Assembly (NCBI RefSeq): GCF_006345805.1
Contig: NW_021836290.1
Location: 136,001-200,000, forward strand
DNA length: 64,000 nt
Source of the DNA: Octopus sinensis
Taxonomy: Eukaryota
Reading direction: 5' to 3'
Shown: one piece after another, positions 11,881 through 24,680 of the stretch
How the letters are laid out: the number at the start of each line of letters is the position of its first letter
Position numbering within the stretch: position 1 is the first letter of the stretch
Translations under genes and position numbers: made by a program
The notes under the pieces: generated by a model
The model's database searches: none
What the model saw: the letters and a program-made list of their open reading frames with translations, nothing else
Told to the model about the DNA's origin: nothing

Positions 11881-14203
11881 ATTTGGCTCAAAAGCAAATA
11901 GCAAGGCCATGTAGGGGGACATGGAGTTAAGTACAGGGTGGTGTTCATGTAAAGAGTTCAGGCCACTTGAGGTCCAGGGAGGCTTTGAACAAAGCGGTCG
12001 TCGGCATCTTCACCATCTCGTCTGGCAGCTTGTTCCACGGATCCGCAACCCGGACGGAGAAAGCTCCTCTCTTTCGATTGAGATGAAATCGTCGCAGGTA
12101 GAGCTTTTCGGAATGACCCCGCAGCCGACGCTCCGGAGCAGGAGTGAAGAACAGCTCTTTCGAGAGGTTACACTTCCCGCTTATGATGTTGTGGGCGAGA
12201 ATGAGATCACCACGGCGGCGGCGTTTTTCAAGAGAATAAAGGTCGAGCGTCCTCAGCCTTTCTTCGTAGGACAAATTTTTGAGACCATGAACCATGCGGG
12301 TAGCCAGCCTCTGGACTTTTTCGAGATGCTGTATGTCTTTGAGGAGATAAGGAGAAGAGGCTTGAATCCCATACTCCAATATGGGTCTCACCAGCGTGAC
12401 ATAGAGTGGCAGGAATATGGCTGCTGTGAGCATTCCGAATGACCGTCGAATCAAAAACAGAATTCCGCGCGCTTTGTTGGCAGCATGGACGCACTGGGCC
12501 GAAGGCGAAAAGGAGGAATCCACCAAGATACCCAGGTCCTTTACCTGATCGGTCCTCTCCAGCAGCAGACGACCCGGCTCGAAATCAAGTTGAGTTGCAG
12601 GAGTAGAGCCGACAGGCAGATGACAGCACTTTGACACGTTCAGACACAGGTCCCAATCGTTAGACCACTTCCAAATTTGGTGGAGGCATCGACGAAGATC
12701 CTCTATAATACCGCGAGGAGCGACCAGTTTGATATCGTCGGCAAATAGAAGGGTGTGTTGCGTGAGGTCGTCGGGCAAGTCATTTATGAAGACTAAGAAC
12801 AACAAGGGCCCAAGCACTGAACCTTGAGGCACGCCACTGCTCGCACTGGAGACGTCGGACCGCGAACTATTAACTTGAACTTGGAAGGAGCGATCTGAGA
12901 GGAAGGCACCAACCCATCGTACAATATCCGGGTGGAAACTATATGCTTGAAGCTTGACAAGTAGTAGGCGGTGGTTTACCGAGTCAAAAGCTTTGGCAAA
13001 GTCCAATAAAACGATGTCAACAGCATCACTATCATCGAGGATGCGCGTCACCAATTCTTCCATTACTAGTAAGTTGGTCAAGCATGATCTCTTCGGCACG
13101 AAGCCGTGTTGGGAATCAGTGATCGAGGCTGTGTTTAGGAGGTGGAGCATCATACTTTTCTTAAGGATGGTTTCGAACATCTTGCTGATTATTGATGTAA
13201 GGGAAACTGGTCGTTAGTTAAGCGGGTCTTCGCGGCTCCCTTTCTTGAAAATTGGGCAGATTATCGCTGTTCTCCAGTCTGCAGGTATAACACCCGTCGC
13301 CAATGACATATTGAATAGTCGTGTTAAGGGCTCGCAGATGACCGGAGCCAACGCTTTGATAACCCGTGGGTGTATGCCGTCAGGGCCGTGACCCTTGTTG
13401 ACATCGAGGCCTTGAATAACACGTTTGACTTCGTCCCGCGTGATGATCAATCGAAGCATTGGAGGTACCGATCTATCAAATGGAGGGGGTTCACGACCAT
13501 CATCTTGTTTGAAAATAGTTGAAAAAGCCTCGGCAAATAATTGACTCTGTTGATAAGGGTCCTCAATCGATACGCCTGTTGAGTCTACCAATGTTGCAAT
13601 CTGGTTGTTCAAGCGGGAATTCCGCTGGACATGGGCAAAGAAGGTTTTTGGATTGCTACTGGCATTTGCCGCGATTTTGTATTCATAACTGAAGCGTTCT
13701 TTCTTTTCAATTTTCACGGCTCGGTCTCGTTGAGTTTTGTACACCTCAAAAGCTGCAGTCGAATCCAGATTTTTGAATTCAGCCCAAGCAATATCTCTGA
13801 GTCGACGTTCTCGTTTAACCTTCTTCGTCACCCAGGGCTTGTGTTTCTTCCTCTTAGGAAGCCCAACGGGAACTGCCTGGTCAGTCAAACAGATTACATA
13901 TGCTTTGAGGAATGACCATAGTTCGTCAACTGAGGACAACGTCATCAGGGATCGCCAGTCCAGAAGCGCGGAAGCCTCGGTTAGAATTTCAAGATTAATT
14001 GAATTGGTTATAGAATTAATTGAATTGGTATAGAATTGGTTGAGAACATTTCACTAAATTATCTTCCAAAAATCAGATTAATATATTCATAAATAAAAAA
14101 GTTATAGTTGTTTAATGAAACCAGACTAAATTTATGATTACGTTAGAAATTAATTGAAACACATAAGGGGTGTATTTTGGTCAGAAATATAGTAACGAAA
14201 GGG
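10958..14203 (+). mobile_element. Internally deleted piggyBac transposon with TTAA TSDs
   Basis: TTAA|CCCTTTCGTTAC at 10954-10969 and GTAACGAAAGGG|TTAA at 14192-14207. ORF 11216-11728 is an acidic piggyBac N-terminus (ALDYFFLLF..IITAETN.YA..TTLNEIKAYFAINIIMGIRKLPRI) without the DDD core. Confidence 0.9.
11851..13985 (-). mobile_element. 5'-truncated CR1/L2-group LINE nested in piggyBac; RT nearly intact; (TAAC)n tail
   Basis: ORFs 13214-13945 and 11945-13180 share a frame split by one TAA (DPLN*RPVSL). Motifs QHGF, LDFAKAFDSV, SGVPQGSVLGPLLF, FADD; tail at 11851-11880. Confidence 0.93.
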
Positions 14204-14315
14204 TTAAGAAAAACCAAAAAATATTTTATTCTTTGTAAATGTTGTGTTCAAAATAACATTTTCTTTTAAGAATGTGTATATAACAAAGTATGTGTATATA
14301 ACTACGTGGCTTATA

Positions 14316-14712
14316 TCTTTATATATAAAAGTGAAGTTGTGTGTCTGTCTCCTACGATTTAGATTCGTAACTACTCCCACATTTTGCGGTGCAGTTTAAC
14401 CAAAAGCGGGTATCTTATAGTCGTGATTCATATCGAGCCCTTCTGGGTATTAGCGCGCGTCTACGATGAGTCTACGATTTAAAAAAAATTTACCATCATA
14501 TTTTTCCATTTTAATGCATATTTTTCGTTATTATATAAGGGAAGTAACTCTCTAAAAATATCTACGATGTGTCAACGATTTAAAAGAAAATTACCTTAAT
14601 CTTTTTTCAATTTTTAATGCATTTTTTTGCTATTTTTTGGCTATAACTCTCTAAAAATGCTTATATAGTTATTTCCCTTACAAACCCGAGCAACGCCGGG
14701 CGATACTGCTAG
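14316..14712 (+). mobile_element. Second complete Helitron A copy
   Basis: Same A^TC start, 3' hairpin and CTAG^T end as 9842-10236. Confidence 0.85.
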
Positions 14713-17078
14713 TCTTATGATAAAAGGCAGATTTTCTCTGCCTCCCAAATCGTTCGTTTTTTATACAATTCTACAATATAGAATTTCTTCAATTGGAATT
14801 TACCTATCATTTTTACAAGTAGATTCCATCGGGTCGTGGCATGTAAAGTTTTTTCAATTTCACCCCCAATTAAGCAAAAATTCGAGAAAAGTAAATATTT
14901 TACCATTTCCCTCATTCATTTCAAGTGCTTCACTCCTACCATTACCACTACACTTTCTCCTCCTTTCTCTTTGCAAGTGTGCAACAATTAAAGTGAAAGT
15001 ATTTATATAAAAGGGATGAGCAATTAATACTGGTCATCCTTTTTGCTAGAAGAAGATCCTCTGTGGTCTTGTATGCTACACCACTGGTTTTCAATTCATA
15101 TTAATCAAATTAGTATTCAATTTTTCACCCTTATTATGTGTGTGTATTAGCAATTCGTATAAAATTGCATCAATGACTTGAACTTGAATAAGTGGTTTCA
15201 CATAAATGGGGATACATTAAAAAGGTTTGTTGTTATTATTATTACTGTTTGACTATTGTAATCACGTTTGTTGGTTCCTCGTCAGGGAAACGTTGTTGTG
15301 TTGCATTTGTTAAATAATTGTAAATCGTAACCCTCCCCCTTTCGGAGAAGGGGCTTTGGTCATTGTTTTAAAATTGAATTGTGTCCCTGTTTGGGGAAAT
15401 TGACAATATTTTCACCGTCTTTACGGAAGCATTTTTGTTAAAATGCCTTCGATAGAAGAAAGTCCAAAAATGAATTTCGCTGCAGCCGTACACTTCTATA
15501 CAAGATCCAATTGATCGAAATTGCAAGAGACGGGCCTACAATTCCAGTCTGTTATATATTTTGAGTATTGTTATCACTCGCGATATCAAGATATAACTTT
15601 CTATTTTGTATTTTATGTGTAGATGTATATATATATATAGATGTACATGTAATATGTACACATATATATATATACATATATACATGCATAATATATCTAC
15701 CCATACACACACACGTACACACACACATACATAGGGGCAGGTGTGGCTGTGTGGTAACAAACTACGTTCGAAGATACTGTACTTGATATGGGCGTTAGTG
15801 CCTTGCCGGTCTATGGCCTACCTTCAACAAACCGGGAAGGCACAAACACTCTGTCTTCACATTTGCTGCGTGAGACATGTTTTAATGTTGACGAGCTTGC
15901 CAAGTACATAGCCGAAAATGAGCCAAAGCTCCTTCCAGAACAGAAGTTCGCTTACAACTCCGTTGTTAATTCAGTCCGGGCCAAAGCTGTGGGAATATTT
16001 TTCCTGGACGCTCCTGGGGGCACTGGGAAAACTTTTCTCAACAAATTAATATTGGCTGAGATTAGGCGAACACAAGGCATTTCCCTAGCTGTGGCATCAT
16101 CTGGAATTGCGGCTACTTTGTTGCCAGGCGGCAGGACAGCTCACTCCACTTTCAAGCTCCCGCTTGACTTAGCGAAGACTGAGACACAACTTGCAACATC
16201 AGTAACAGTTCCGATCAGGCAGAAGTCTTCAGACGATGCAAGCTTATCGTTTGGGAAGAATGCACGATGGCCCGCAGACGTGCTCTTGAGGCACTAGATA
16301 GATCTCTCAGAGACATCAAACACTCTTCAGCTCCCATGGGAGGCATAACACTTCTTCTTTCAGGGGACTTCCGACAAACACTTCCCGTTATTCCCAAAGG
16401 GACTAGAACTGATGCAGTAAGTGCGTGTCTTAAGTCATCCACATTGTGGCCACTGGTGAAGACTCTCAAACTTCACATCAATATATGTGCTCATATGCGA
16501 CGTAATATCACATCAGCAGCATTTTCTCACACCCTCCTTACACTTGGCGAAGGCAAAATACCAGGGGATGAAAATGGTAATATTGCCATCGATTCCATTT
16601 GTACCATTGTTAAAACGCCTTCTGATCTCAGAGATGCAGTGTTCCCAAATCTACAAGCTAATTATCAGAATATGGATTGGATTGGCCAAAGGGCTATTCT
16701 GGCCCCGAGGAATAAAACTGTTCACCATATTAATGATGAAATGCTAAAACTCATTCCTGGGGATGTCTATGTATATAAGTCTATCGATACAACTCCTGAC
16801 CCAGAGGTCGTCATCAACTATCCAATAGAGATACTCAATTCCTTTGAGCCCCCCGGACTACCACCACACATTCTTAAACTTAAAGTTGGTGCCCCTATAA
16901 TGCTCATTAGAAATTTGGTTCCCCCAAAACAATGCAATGGCACACGTTTGATCGTTAAGTCCTTATCTCCCACCGTAAACTTATATCAATATTTGCCTGA
17001 ATAATCATCATAATTCAGTGCAATCATTAACAGTACTTTCAAGCAATTCAACCCCGAGCATCGCCGAGCAATTCTGCT

Positions 17079-17080
<2 letters not shown>
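14713..17080 (+). mobile_element. Deleted Helitron with partial PIF1-family helicase; B-like 5' end, hairpin + CTGG 3' end followed by (TA)n
   Basis: 15788-16980: DAPGGTGKT (Walker A), VASSGIAATLLPGGRTAHSTFKLPL, GDFRQTLPV, RAILAPRN, LKVGAPIMLIRNL..CNGTRL with a frameshift near 16190; 3' end CCCGAGCATCGCCGAG..CTGG^T at 17053-17081. Linking the two ends into one element is inferred. Confidence 0.75.
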
Positions 17081-17137
<57 letters not shown>

Positions 17138-17176
17138 ACAATTATTAAATTAATAATTTATACTTTTTTTTAGAGA

Positions 17177-17558
17177 GGAAGCACTCCGTCGGTTACGTCG
17201 ACGAGGGTTCCGGTTGATCCGATCAACGGAACAGCCTGCTCGTGAAATTAACGTGTAAGTGGCTGAGCACTCCACAGACACGTGTACCCTTAACGTAGTT
17301 CTCGGGGATATTCAGCGTGACACAGAGAGTGACAAGGCCGGCCCTTTGAAATACAGGTACAACAGAAACAGGAAGTAAGAGTGAGAGAAAGTTGTGGTGA
17401 AAGAGTACAGTAAGGATCACCACCATCCCTGCCGGAGCCTCGTGGATCTTTAGGTGTTTTCGCTCAATAAACACTCACAACGCCCGGTTTGGGAATCGAA
17501 ACTGCGATCCTATGACCGCGAGTCCGCTGCCCTAACCACTGGGCCATTGCGCCTCCAC
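17177..17558 (-). mobile_element. tRNA-derived SINE (head type A, tail X)
   Basis: Minus-strand head ggcgcaaTGGCCCAGTGGttagggcagcgg...GTTTCGATTCC (A/B boxes); 3' body shared with 38611-38927. Confidence 0.85.
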
Positions 17559-17625
17559 TATAATTTATACAAGTGGTTAGCATGCATAATAAAAGTCAGA
17601 AGATAAATATTTTCATAATATAATG

Positions 17626-17793
17626 GTAAGAATTTATACACATGCTAGATGGACAGTCAAAACCAAACCACGAAAAGAAGCATTCTTTTGTGCTAAAAGT
17701 AAGAATGCTTTTTTCGTGGTTTGGGGCTTGACTGCCCTCTCTAGCATGTAAGAAGTCTACATGGTGGTCTTCTCTGTGTATAAATTCTTACAC
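17626..17793. repeat. Nested imperfect inverted repeat (fold-back), related to 30420-30510
   Basis: Arms catgctaga..cagtcaa..caaaccacgaaaa..agcattctt and their complement, plus outer gtaagaatttatacaca / tgtgtataaattcttac. Confidence 0.7.
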
Positions 17794-18370
17794 ACTATTA
17801 TATATATAGATATATATCATTAGTTAGATATATTCTGCTAGAATATTATACACTGAATTTATGAGTTCTCTTTGTATAAAATGTCAAAAATATTAATACT
17901 ATAAAGTATTTAGACATTAATACAAGCGATTATATATACTGTATTTTGAAATGATAGCATGAAATTTAATATCAAAAAAATTCCTCACGAAGATATGTGT
18001 CTAAAATAGTATTGTATTAAAGATATTTATAAATATATGAAACATGACAGTTTAAAAAATTTGTTAATTAATGCATCTTACGATCGTTTCACAAAAGTAA
18101 TATCGTTATAAGGGAATCTATTGTTGATACACATTGATATACAATTCTTCCGCTCGTCGGAGATGGAGAAGATAAAGTTTTTATAATATATCGAATGTTG
18201 TTTTAAAATTAGAAAAATATATGAAAAAGTATTCTTGAGAAATAGATTAAAATTTACTGGTTTTTATTTATGCAGGTAGACTTTGGTAAGAAAATTTAAA
18301 GTTTGTTTATATATATATCCTTGGTAAGTTCATCTCGGTAATACATGGCAATTTTGTGTAAACTATTTCT

Positions 18371-18600
18371 TTACTGAGATGTACTTGCATAGCAAGTGAT
18401 TTGATCTGAGATCGTGTGCTGAAACGAAAACAGTTGCAGCGTGGAAGGTGTTTGTAAGCCATTTAAGAAACACACAAAAGCCGTTCGATTCACTTCAACA
18501 ATTAAGTTTAATTTGTCAAAATATTTTCGTCGCTTTAAGACCGCGACCTGTTCACTGACAAAAATCCGTGCAGCACGGATTTTTGACAAATTAAACTTGT
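18371..18600. mobile_element. Second copy of the palindromic MITE, one arm mostly deleted
   Basis: Matches the reverse complement of 9530-9711 plus the loop; new 25-nt palindrome at 18560-18584. Confidence 0.75.
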
Positions 18601-18921
18601 CGAGTTTCAGCAGAAGCTGTAGGTTCGAACACGATTTTGTCTCTGCTGAAGATATGTCTTCAGGAAAAACCCTCGCTGATTCTGGAGCTCAGCATTTGGT
18701 GCGACTAAGAGGATTCTAACTGTATGCCGCTCATGTTTACTACGTAGTGTAAGGTTTTCTTGATGTGAGTAATGCTAGAGTTTTTATTCGCTGTTAATAG
18801 AGACAGTGTTGCTCTAGGCCCAGTGGGGAACTCTCTCAAAACAGATTCTTGTTGAACCAATCCCGATACACACATAGAAACACACAGAAACGCACAAACA
18901 GCACGCACAAACAGCACGCAT

Positions 18922-18979
<58 letters not shown>

Positions 18980-19689
18980 ACCATGGAAGTAGAATGTGTT
19001 GCTTCTTTAAGAAACCTTCAAAATATTTCAACATTTTTTATGACATTTATATTGGTCAGTGTTGCATCTAAGAGCATATCTGAGAGCTTACGTTTCTTCA
19101 ACCTGGAAGTGAGGATAATAAATTCCGAAAGATATTTTACTGCAGAGAGTCGACGACGGCCAACAAGTTGCATCGAATAAATACGCTTTTCACCCCATTT
19201 TCTGGTGACTTGTGCATAGTCATTACTCGTAAACCTGGTACTAGTTTCAAGGTTATACTCGCAAGTATGACTGGGTAACTAATATCCTTCCCACTCTTGA
19301 TCCAGCAAAAGATCGAGGTTGTATCAGCTAGACAGAGAGTTTCTAGTGATTATGTAATCAATCAGGTATCAATCTTTGCACTGAGAACGCACCCAAGTTT
19401 TTTTCTAGGACTTTATTAAATGTATTAAACAAAGTATATTCAACAAAACCATTAAAAGTACACTGTCGCAGTTGCTTCTTTCTATTTAGTAAAACATAAT
19501 CAGGATAGGTCTATTCAGTTTTGTCACGCTTTCTACTCTCACGCACCGTAGGTTAAACAAAACAGAAATCAGTCGCTCTTTCTCTACTCTCATATTCCTT
19601 TTCAAGTTGTATTTAATGAAATCTGTCTGGACTTGGCTAGAGAAGAAAATTCCAGTTGGCTGACAGGTACCCCACTGGATTTCCAGAAT

Positions 19690-20190
19690 GCTCCAATGTG
19701 AACATGGACGAATCGCATCGGATCTTCTAGATCGTATCTAGATAATTTTATAAGCCTCTAGATAGAGGTAGTATAAGTTGTCCACATTTCAAAGTCGTCG
19801 TCTACACGGACCATAAATTTGTGATCTGTACGATCGATATAGACGGGGTCCCGGATACTGGAACCTGAACGCGTCCTTCCCGGCGCGCCAAGCTTTCAGA
19901 GACCAGGTTAGCAAGTTAATCCCTCAAGAGTTGGGGAGGGGCGCAATCGTCAACAGCTGTTGTTGGATAGCCCCTGAAAAGGGCTACTAGAGTAGAGACG
20001 GTATGTTTTAGTAAGGAAATAGCATTAGAGAAATCTTGGATAGAGGGAGACATTGTTAGGAAATTAGAAGAGGCGCTTAGGAAAGGCATAACAACCGACG
20101 TGTTGACAGCAAGAATGGCCCTTAATTAGTTCTTCTTTGCCAAGCACGAAGGTTGCGTTGTCAGAGCTAGGGCGCGTGCACCGTGACTGG
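19690..20190 (+). mobile_element. Tx1/L1-clade LINE fragment (end of APE endonuclease and linker)
   Basis: WTNRIGSSRSYLD.., VVYTDHKFV.., GPGYWNLNAS.., FFFAKHEGCVVRARARA; overlaps in protein space with 44740-45510. Confidence 0.7.
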
Positions 20191-20389
20191 AGACTTTGCA
20201 GTTTTTATATTCCAAATCTTCGCAATTTCAAATTTTAAGGGATTATATTTTTCTTTTCATCCTCTTTATTTACAACCCTGGAGTCAAACAGACACGATGT
20301 ATCAAGTAGTAAGCAACTTCTCTTTTCTTGTCTATTATTATTATCATGTCTGGTCTATCATTTTCTAGCTTCTTGTCCGTTTGAATAGG

Positions 20390-21810
20390 AAAGGCCCAGA
20401 GAAGTTTGCATTTCTCCGACTCCAGCACACCTTCGACCCATGGAGGTCATGCCATGTACCTCCAGCTTCAAATCACCATTTCTGACAAAGCTTCTAGTGT
20501 AAAATTTTCACAATTTGGTTATGCCTCCATTTGGAATATTCTGTAACAATGTGTACCACTGTCAAATTCCAAATTCCACAGGCCCTACATTTTACTGACA
20601 CCTTCTCCCCATACACATATTCTCTCAAATTGTTTGTTCTTATCGCTTGATCGTGAGTTGCTATGATTAGACTCTCAGTTTCTTTTCCTAATTGTACTTT
20701 TTTTTTTACCAAGCCCAGGATTTTGTTACACATACCTCCTCATTGGCTTTCCAAAACTGATTGCAAAGGTTTCTCTTCAACCTGTCTAACATACTTTCTT
20801 TGAATTTCATTCTTGCCACAACAAAGAAGCTTAGATGTCAAGAACCTTGCTATGTTTCCTAGCAGTCCCTGATAACACTATTTTTTCTAGCTGTACTAAA
20901 CTAGGTCTTATGCCTATTTCCTCTATCATTCTGTTCAACTCTTTAGGGATAGTTTCTAAAACCTATAACAAATAACATTTTGCCAGCACTTTCCATAACC
21001 TCTCTAACTCAATGGCTAGGTTCTGGTATTTTCTACCTTCTCTATACCTCTCATATTGACTTTCTTCTCATTTGGGACTGCAAAGTCAATTACCTGGCAC
21101 TTTCTATTATATTTGTCTACTACTAGTACTAATACTAAATCAGGCTTTCTAGCTTCTATTACTCTGTCCGTATGAATGTTTAAAGTCCCACAACATCTTA
21201 TATTTCTTGCTTTCTAATACTCCACTAGGCTCATGCTCATACCATTTATCAGTATGGTCAATGCCAGCCTTCTATATAACTCCCAGCTGATTATTCTCTC
21301 TAGATTGTCACGTCTTTTCTTTCTATGACAGCATACTACGTTCATTTTTTATATAGGTAACACTTTTCTCCTTTGATCTACATAACCTGCACTGGAAATC
21401 TACTTGGCTTTTGTCTATTTTTGACTTTTATCCAATTAGTCTTCAATGTTTGGTCTTTTGCTGCTACTAACAAACTTTCTGTTGCTCTTATTAGCTTTCA
21501 CCTCTGCAACTATAACCATGTCTCACAATCACTATTTGCTATAACTATCTTTGGGAATCTACCATGCAAAGCCTTCTCTTGCCAGTCAGGTATTTGTGTT
21601 GTTTTTTGTTCACTTTTTTCTCGCTTTTAACTTCATTTGGATTTTTGGTCTCCCTATGTCCTATTATTACTCTAACAGCTCTTAATAAACTTTCTTCACT
21701 ATTACCTACAGAAGAGACTATATCTACTCTCGCTAACTCCACTGATATTAACCTTCTACCACCTTCTTTTCTAGGTAAGTAGAATCTTGCTACTCTTACA
21801 TGCAGTTGAC
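20390..21810 (-). mobile_element. Two decayed R4/Dong-type fragments
   Basis: ARFYLPRKEGGRRLISVE; KWYEHEPSGVL..LWDF; ETESLIIATHDQAIRTN..CRACG..HIVTE; the 20820-21810 part resembles 2160-2900. Confidence 0.75.
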
Positions 21811-21905
21811 TAAAGACATATTCTATAGAATCATACATACACGCATATATACAAACACACACACACACACGCTCATACACACGCACGCACAAACACATAC
21901 ACTGA

Positions 21906-21951
<46 letters not shown>

Positions 21952-22413
21952 GATATAATATACAATTGACAATAATTTTAATTGGTCTTTGAGAAATCTG
22001 GGTGTAACATGTTTTGTAGTGTGAATATCATTCTTTCAACTAAACCACGAAGTATATCATCATCATCATCATCATCATCACTTATTTATTCTTACCCTAG
22101 TCATCTCCTCCACCACTTTCATTTTTTCGCTGTCACAATCAAAATACCAATCTTATAGACGTTATACATGCTCCATTCTATTGTTCTTCTCCCTCCCATC
22201 ACTCCCACCTCCACAAACTTCTCCTCTTCCTCCTCCTCTCCAACTTCTTCCTCGTCCGCCACGTCTTCTTTTATGCAATGCGAACTAACAAAAAAGGATG
22301 TAATGCACCATTTGTCAAGGATGTGTGTATGCGTTACATAACAGTTTGCTTATATATATTTATATATATGGGAGAGGTATGTATGTATGTATGTATGTAT
22401 GTATGTATGTATG

Positions 22414-22445
<32 letters not shown>

Positions 22446-22446
22446 C

Positions 22447-22563
22447 GGCCTACTCGCTTAGTCAGCGGGTTGGCGTCATTCGAAGGCTAAAACAATGCGA
22501 ACGCATTGTGACCAGCGATGTGTAGCAACTTCTGATGGTCTGGTCGGTCACGTGATCACGTGA
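22447..22563 (+). repeat. Dispersed ~115-bp repeat (retroelement 3' end?) downstream of (TA)n; second copy 24105-24215
   Basis: ggcct.ctcgcttag.cagc.gg.tggcgtcatt.gaaggctaaaacaatgcgaa..cattgtgaccagcgat shared by both copies. Confidence 0.75.
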
Positions 22564-22688
22564 TATATATATACACACACATATATCGACCCAAGAGCAG
22601 AGACTTCATATTTGATTTCCCACCAACTGTCATACATCATCAACTGCAAAGTTTCTCTGTTGAAGAAGATATCACAATCGCCAACAGA

Positions 22689-22811
22689 ATGTTCCTCAAG
22701 AAACTCAACATTCATCTGATTTTGGTCGGAATTATGTTTGTTATGATGGGTCTAACTTTCTTCCAACAAACTTCACGTATATTAAAGTTAGAGAAAAGAT
22801 CCATTCAGCCG
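22689..22811 (+). CDS. Coding exon 1 of a short-chain collagen C4/spongin-like domain protein: MFLKKLNIHLILVGIMFVMMGLTFFQQTSRILKLEKRSIQP
   Basis: ATG, hydrophobic signal/anchor, CCG|GTAAGA phase-0 donor compatible with the next exon. An upstream non-coding exon is not excluded. Confidence 0.65.
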
Positions 22812-24058
22812 GTAAGATTATTTGATTTATACATATTCTATGTGGAATTATTATCTAAGATGGGATAGGGATTATGTGATCTGTCAACAGAATTATTTAT
22901 TAAGATGTGTACTGAACATTAAAAATACTCAACAAATATGTTTGATTTGATATTGTGGGAGCAGAAATCACTATGATATATCTGAGACGATCACGATAGA
23001 TTGTTGATGCACTTATTGATTTCTTACATACGCACAAAGTGAATGTTTTATATATATATATGTGTGAAGAAATTTCACCAGTGTATTACTGGTATTTATC
23101 TTACACATCATCGATGAGGCAGAGTTAAATCATCTCCAGCCTAAATTGAAATCTCAATCAAAATTAATAAAACTAAATGAAGTAAGTAATGTAGCCTGGT
23201 GCTCTATCAATACAATCTGTTGAGATAAATATTTACTAGACACAAGCAATTACTACTAAATTTCCTCCCCAACAACTTTAGACTTTAAGACTACCACAGG
23301 CATCTATTACTCTCTCTAAATTGCTTTGATTTTGCTCTGTTTTTACCTCTTCCTCTACCTCCACATCCTCTCTCATATCTTCTCAGCTTACCCGTACGCA
23401 ATTCTTAAACACTACACACCTATGCACCTTACTTTATCCTATAACCAATCCTTAAAATCCTCCCTCACTCTATCTCTCTCTTTCTATTCATTTTCTTTTC
23501 TTTCCTTTTACCACTAAATAGCCACCTCCGCTACCATTCTGTTATCGAACGTTGATACGTTTGCTTTTTTTTTTTCTCGGGATGTCTACTATGTCAGGAT
23601 TTAAAACCCACATGGATCTGCGCAGGATTGCACCTAAGGATTCATGCTCTTGTTTCTATAACTTCGGAAAGTTGAACTATGAACTTTTATGCTTTTTTCT
23701 TCTTTCTTTCCATCTCCTTATTTTTTTACTCCCTTCCTCTATGTCGTCATCTCATTAATATATACCATTTTCACTTTCCCTATTTGTCTCTGATGTCGGA
23801 ATATCCCTTGCTCGGGGATATCATAGAAACAGGTGTAAAGCTGAATTTTTTCCAAAAATATTCTATACGACTTGAGATGTTTGCCTTGTCTTAATGTTTG
23901 TTGTCCTCTTTAACAATTCTATATCTGCTGCATCGGAAATCTGCAATGGCTCCACAATTTCCATCTCGGTTATAATCTTATAGCCCTAGTAATCTGTTAC
24001 AGCACTTACCTAGCAGTACCTAAGTGTTTAGATCACCTGTGAACTAAACCCCATACCT

Positions 24059-24106
<48 letters not shown>

Positions 24107-24216
24107 CCTGCTCGCTTAGCCAGCAGGGTGGCGTCATTTGAAGGCTAAAACAATGCGAAGCGCATTGTGACCAGCGATATGTAGCAACATCTGACAGTCT
24201 GGTCGGTCACGGTGAT

Positions 24217-24272
<56 letters not shown>

Positions 24273-24324
24273 ATATGTATATGTATATGTATATGTATGA
24301 ATGTATATATGTATATATGTATAT

Positions 24325-24680
24325 ATATATTCAGATTTGGCGAGGACAGGACAACCAGAAATGATGAGATCAACTCTTTATTTTATTTGTTGCACATTTT
24401 CCATTTCATTACTTTGCTTTTATAGTGGTTTGTGGTCAGGCGTTGGTCTTGTGCAGCGAGGATTAATCCTTCTTTTTCTGCTTTTAGTCCAGAAGTTTTG
24501 AGCTATTGTTGACTTATACTTAAGCTCACTTCTCTGTCAAGCTTTGCCTGTAGTTCGTTTTGTAGTTCTGTTTTCATGTTGTTTTTCTCTCTTTGATCGC
24601 ACCTGTTGTGTTGTCATCTGAGATCAGTGTTTCAGTGTAATTTGTTTCTGTTTTGTATTCTGTCGCCTCCTTGTGTATAG
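24325..24680 (-). mobile_element. R4/Dong-like fragment in intron 1
   Basis: SGLKAEKEGLILAAQDQRLTTNHYK..IISGCPVLAKSEYI. Confidence 0.75.

Noticed and set aside
11921-13217. + strand ORFs over the CR1 element (and over the PLE at 36.2-38.2 kb)
   Set aside because: Antisense shadows of GC-rich TE coding sequence.
17480-17558. tRNA genes (also 26760-26830, 38611-38680, 49870-49949, 55696-55750)
   Set aside because: A/B-box heads continue into SINE bodies and do not form complete cloverleaves.
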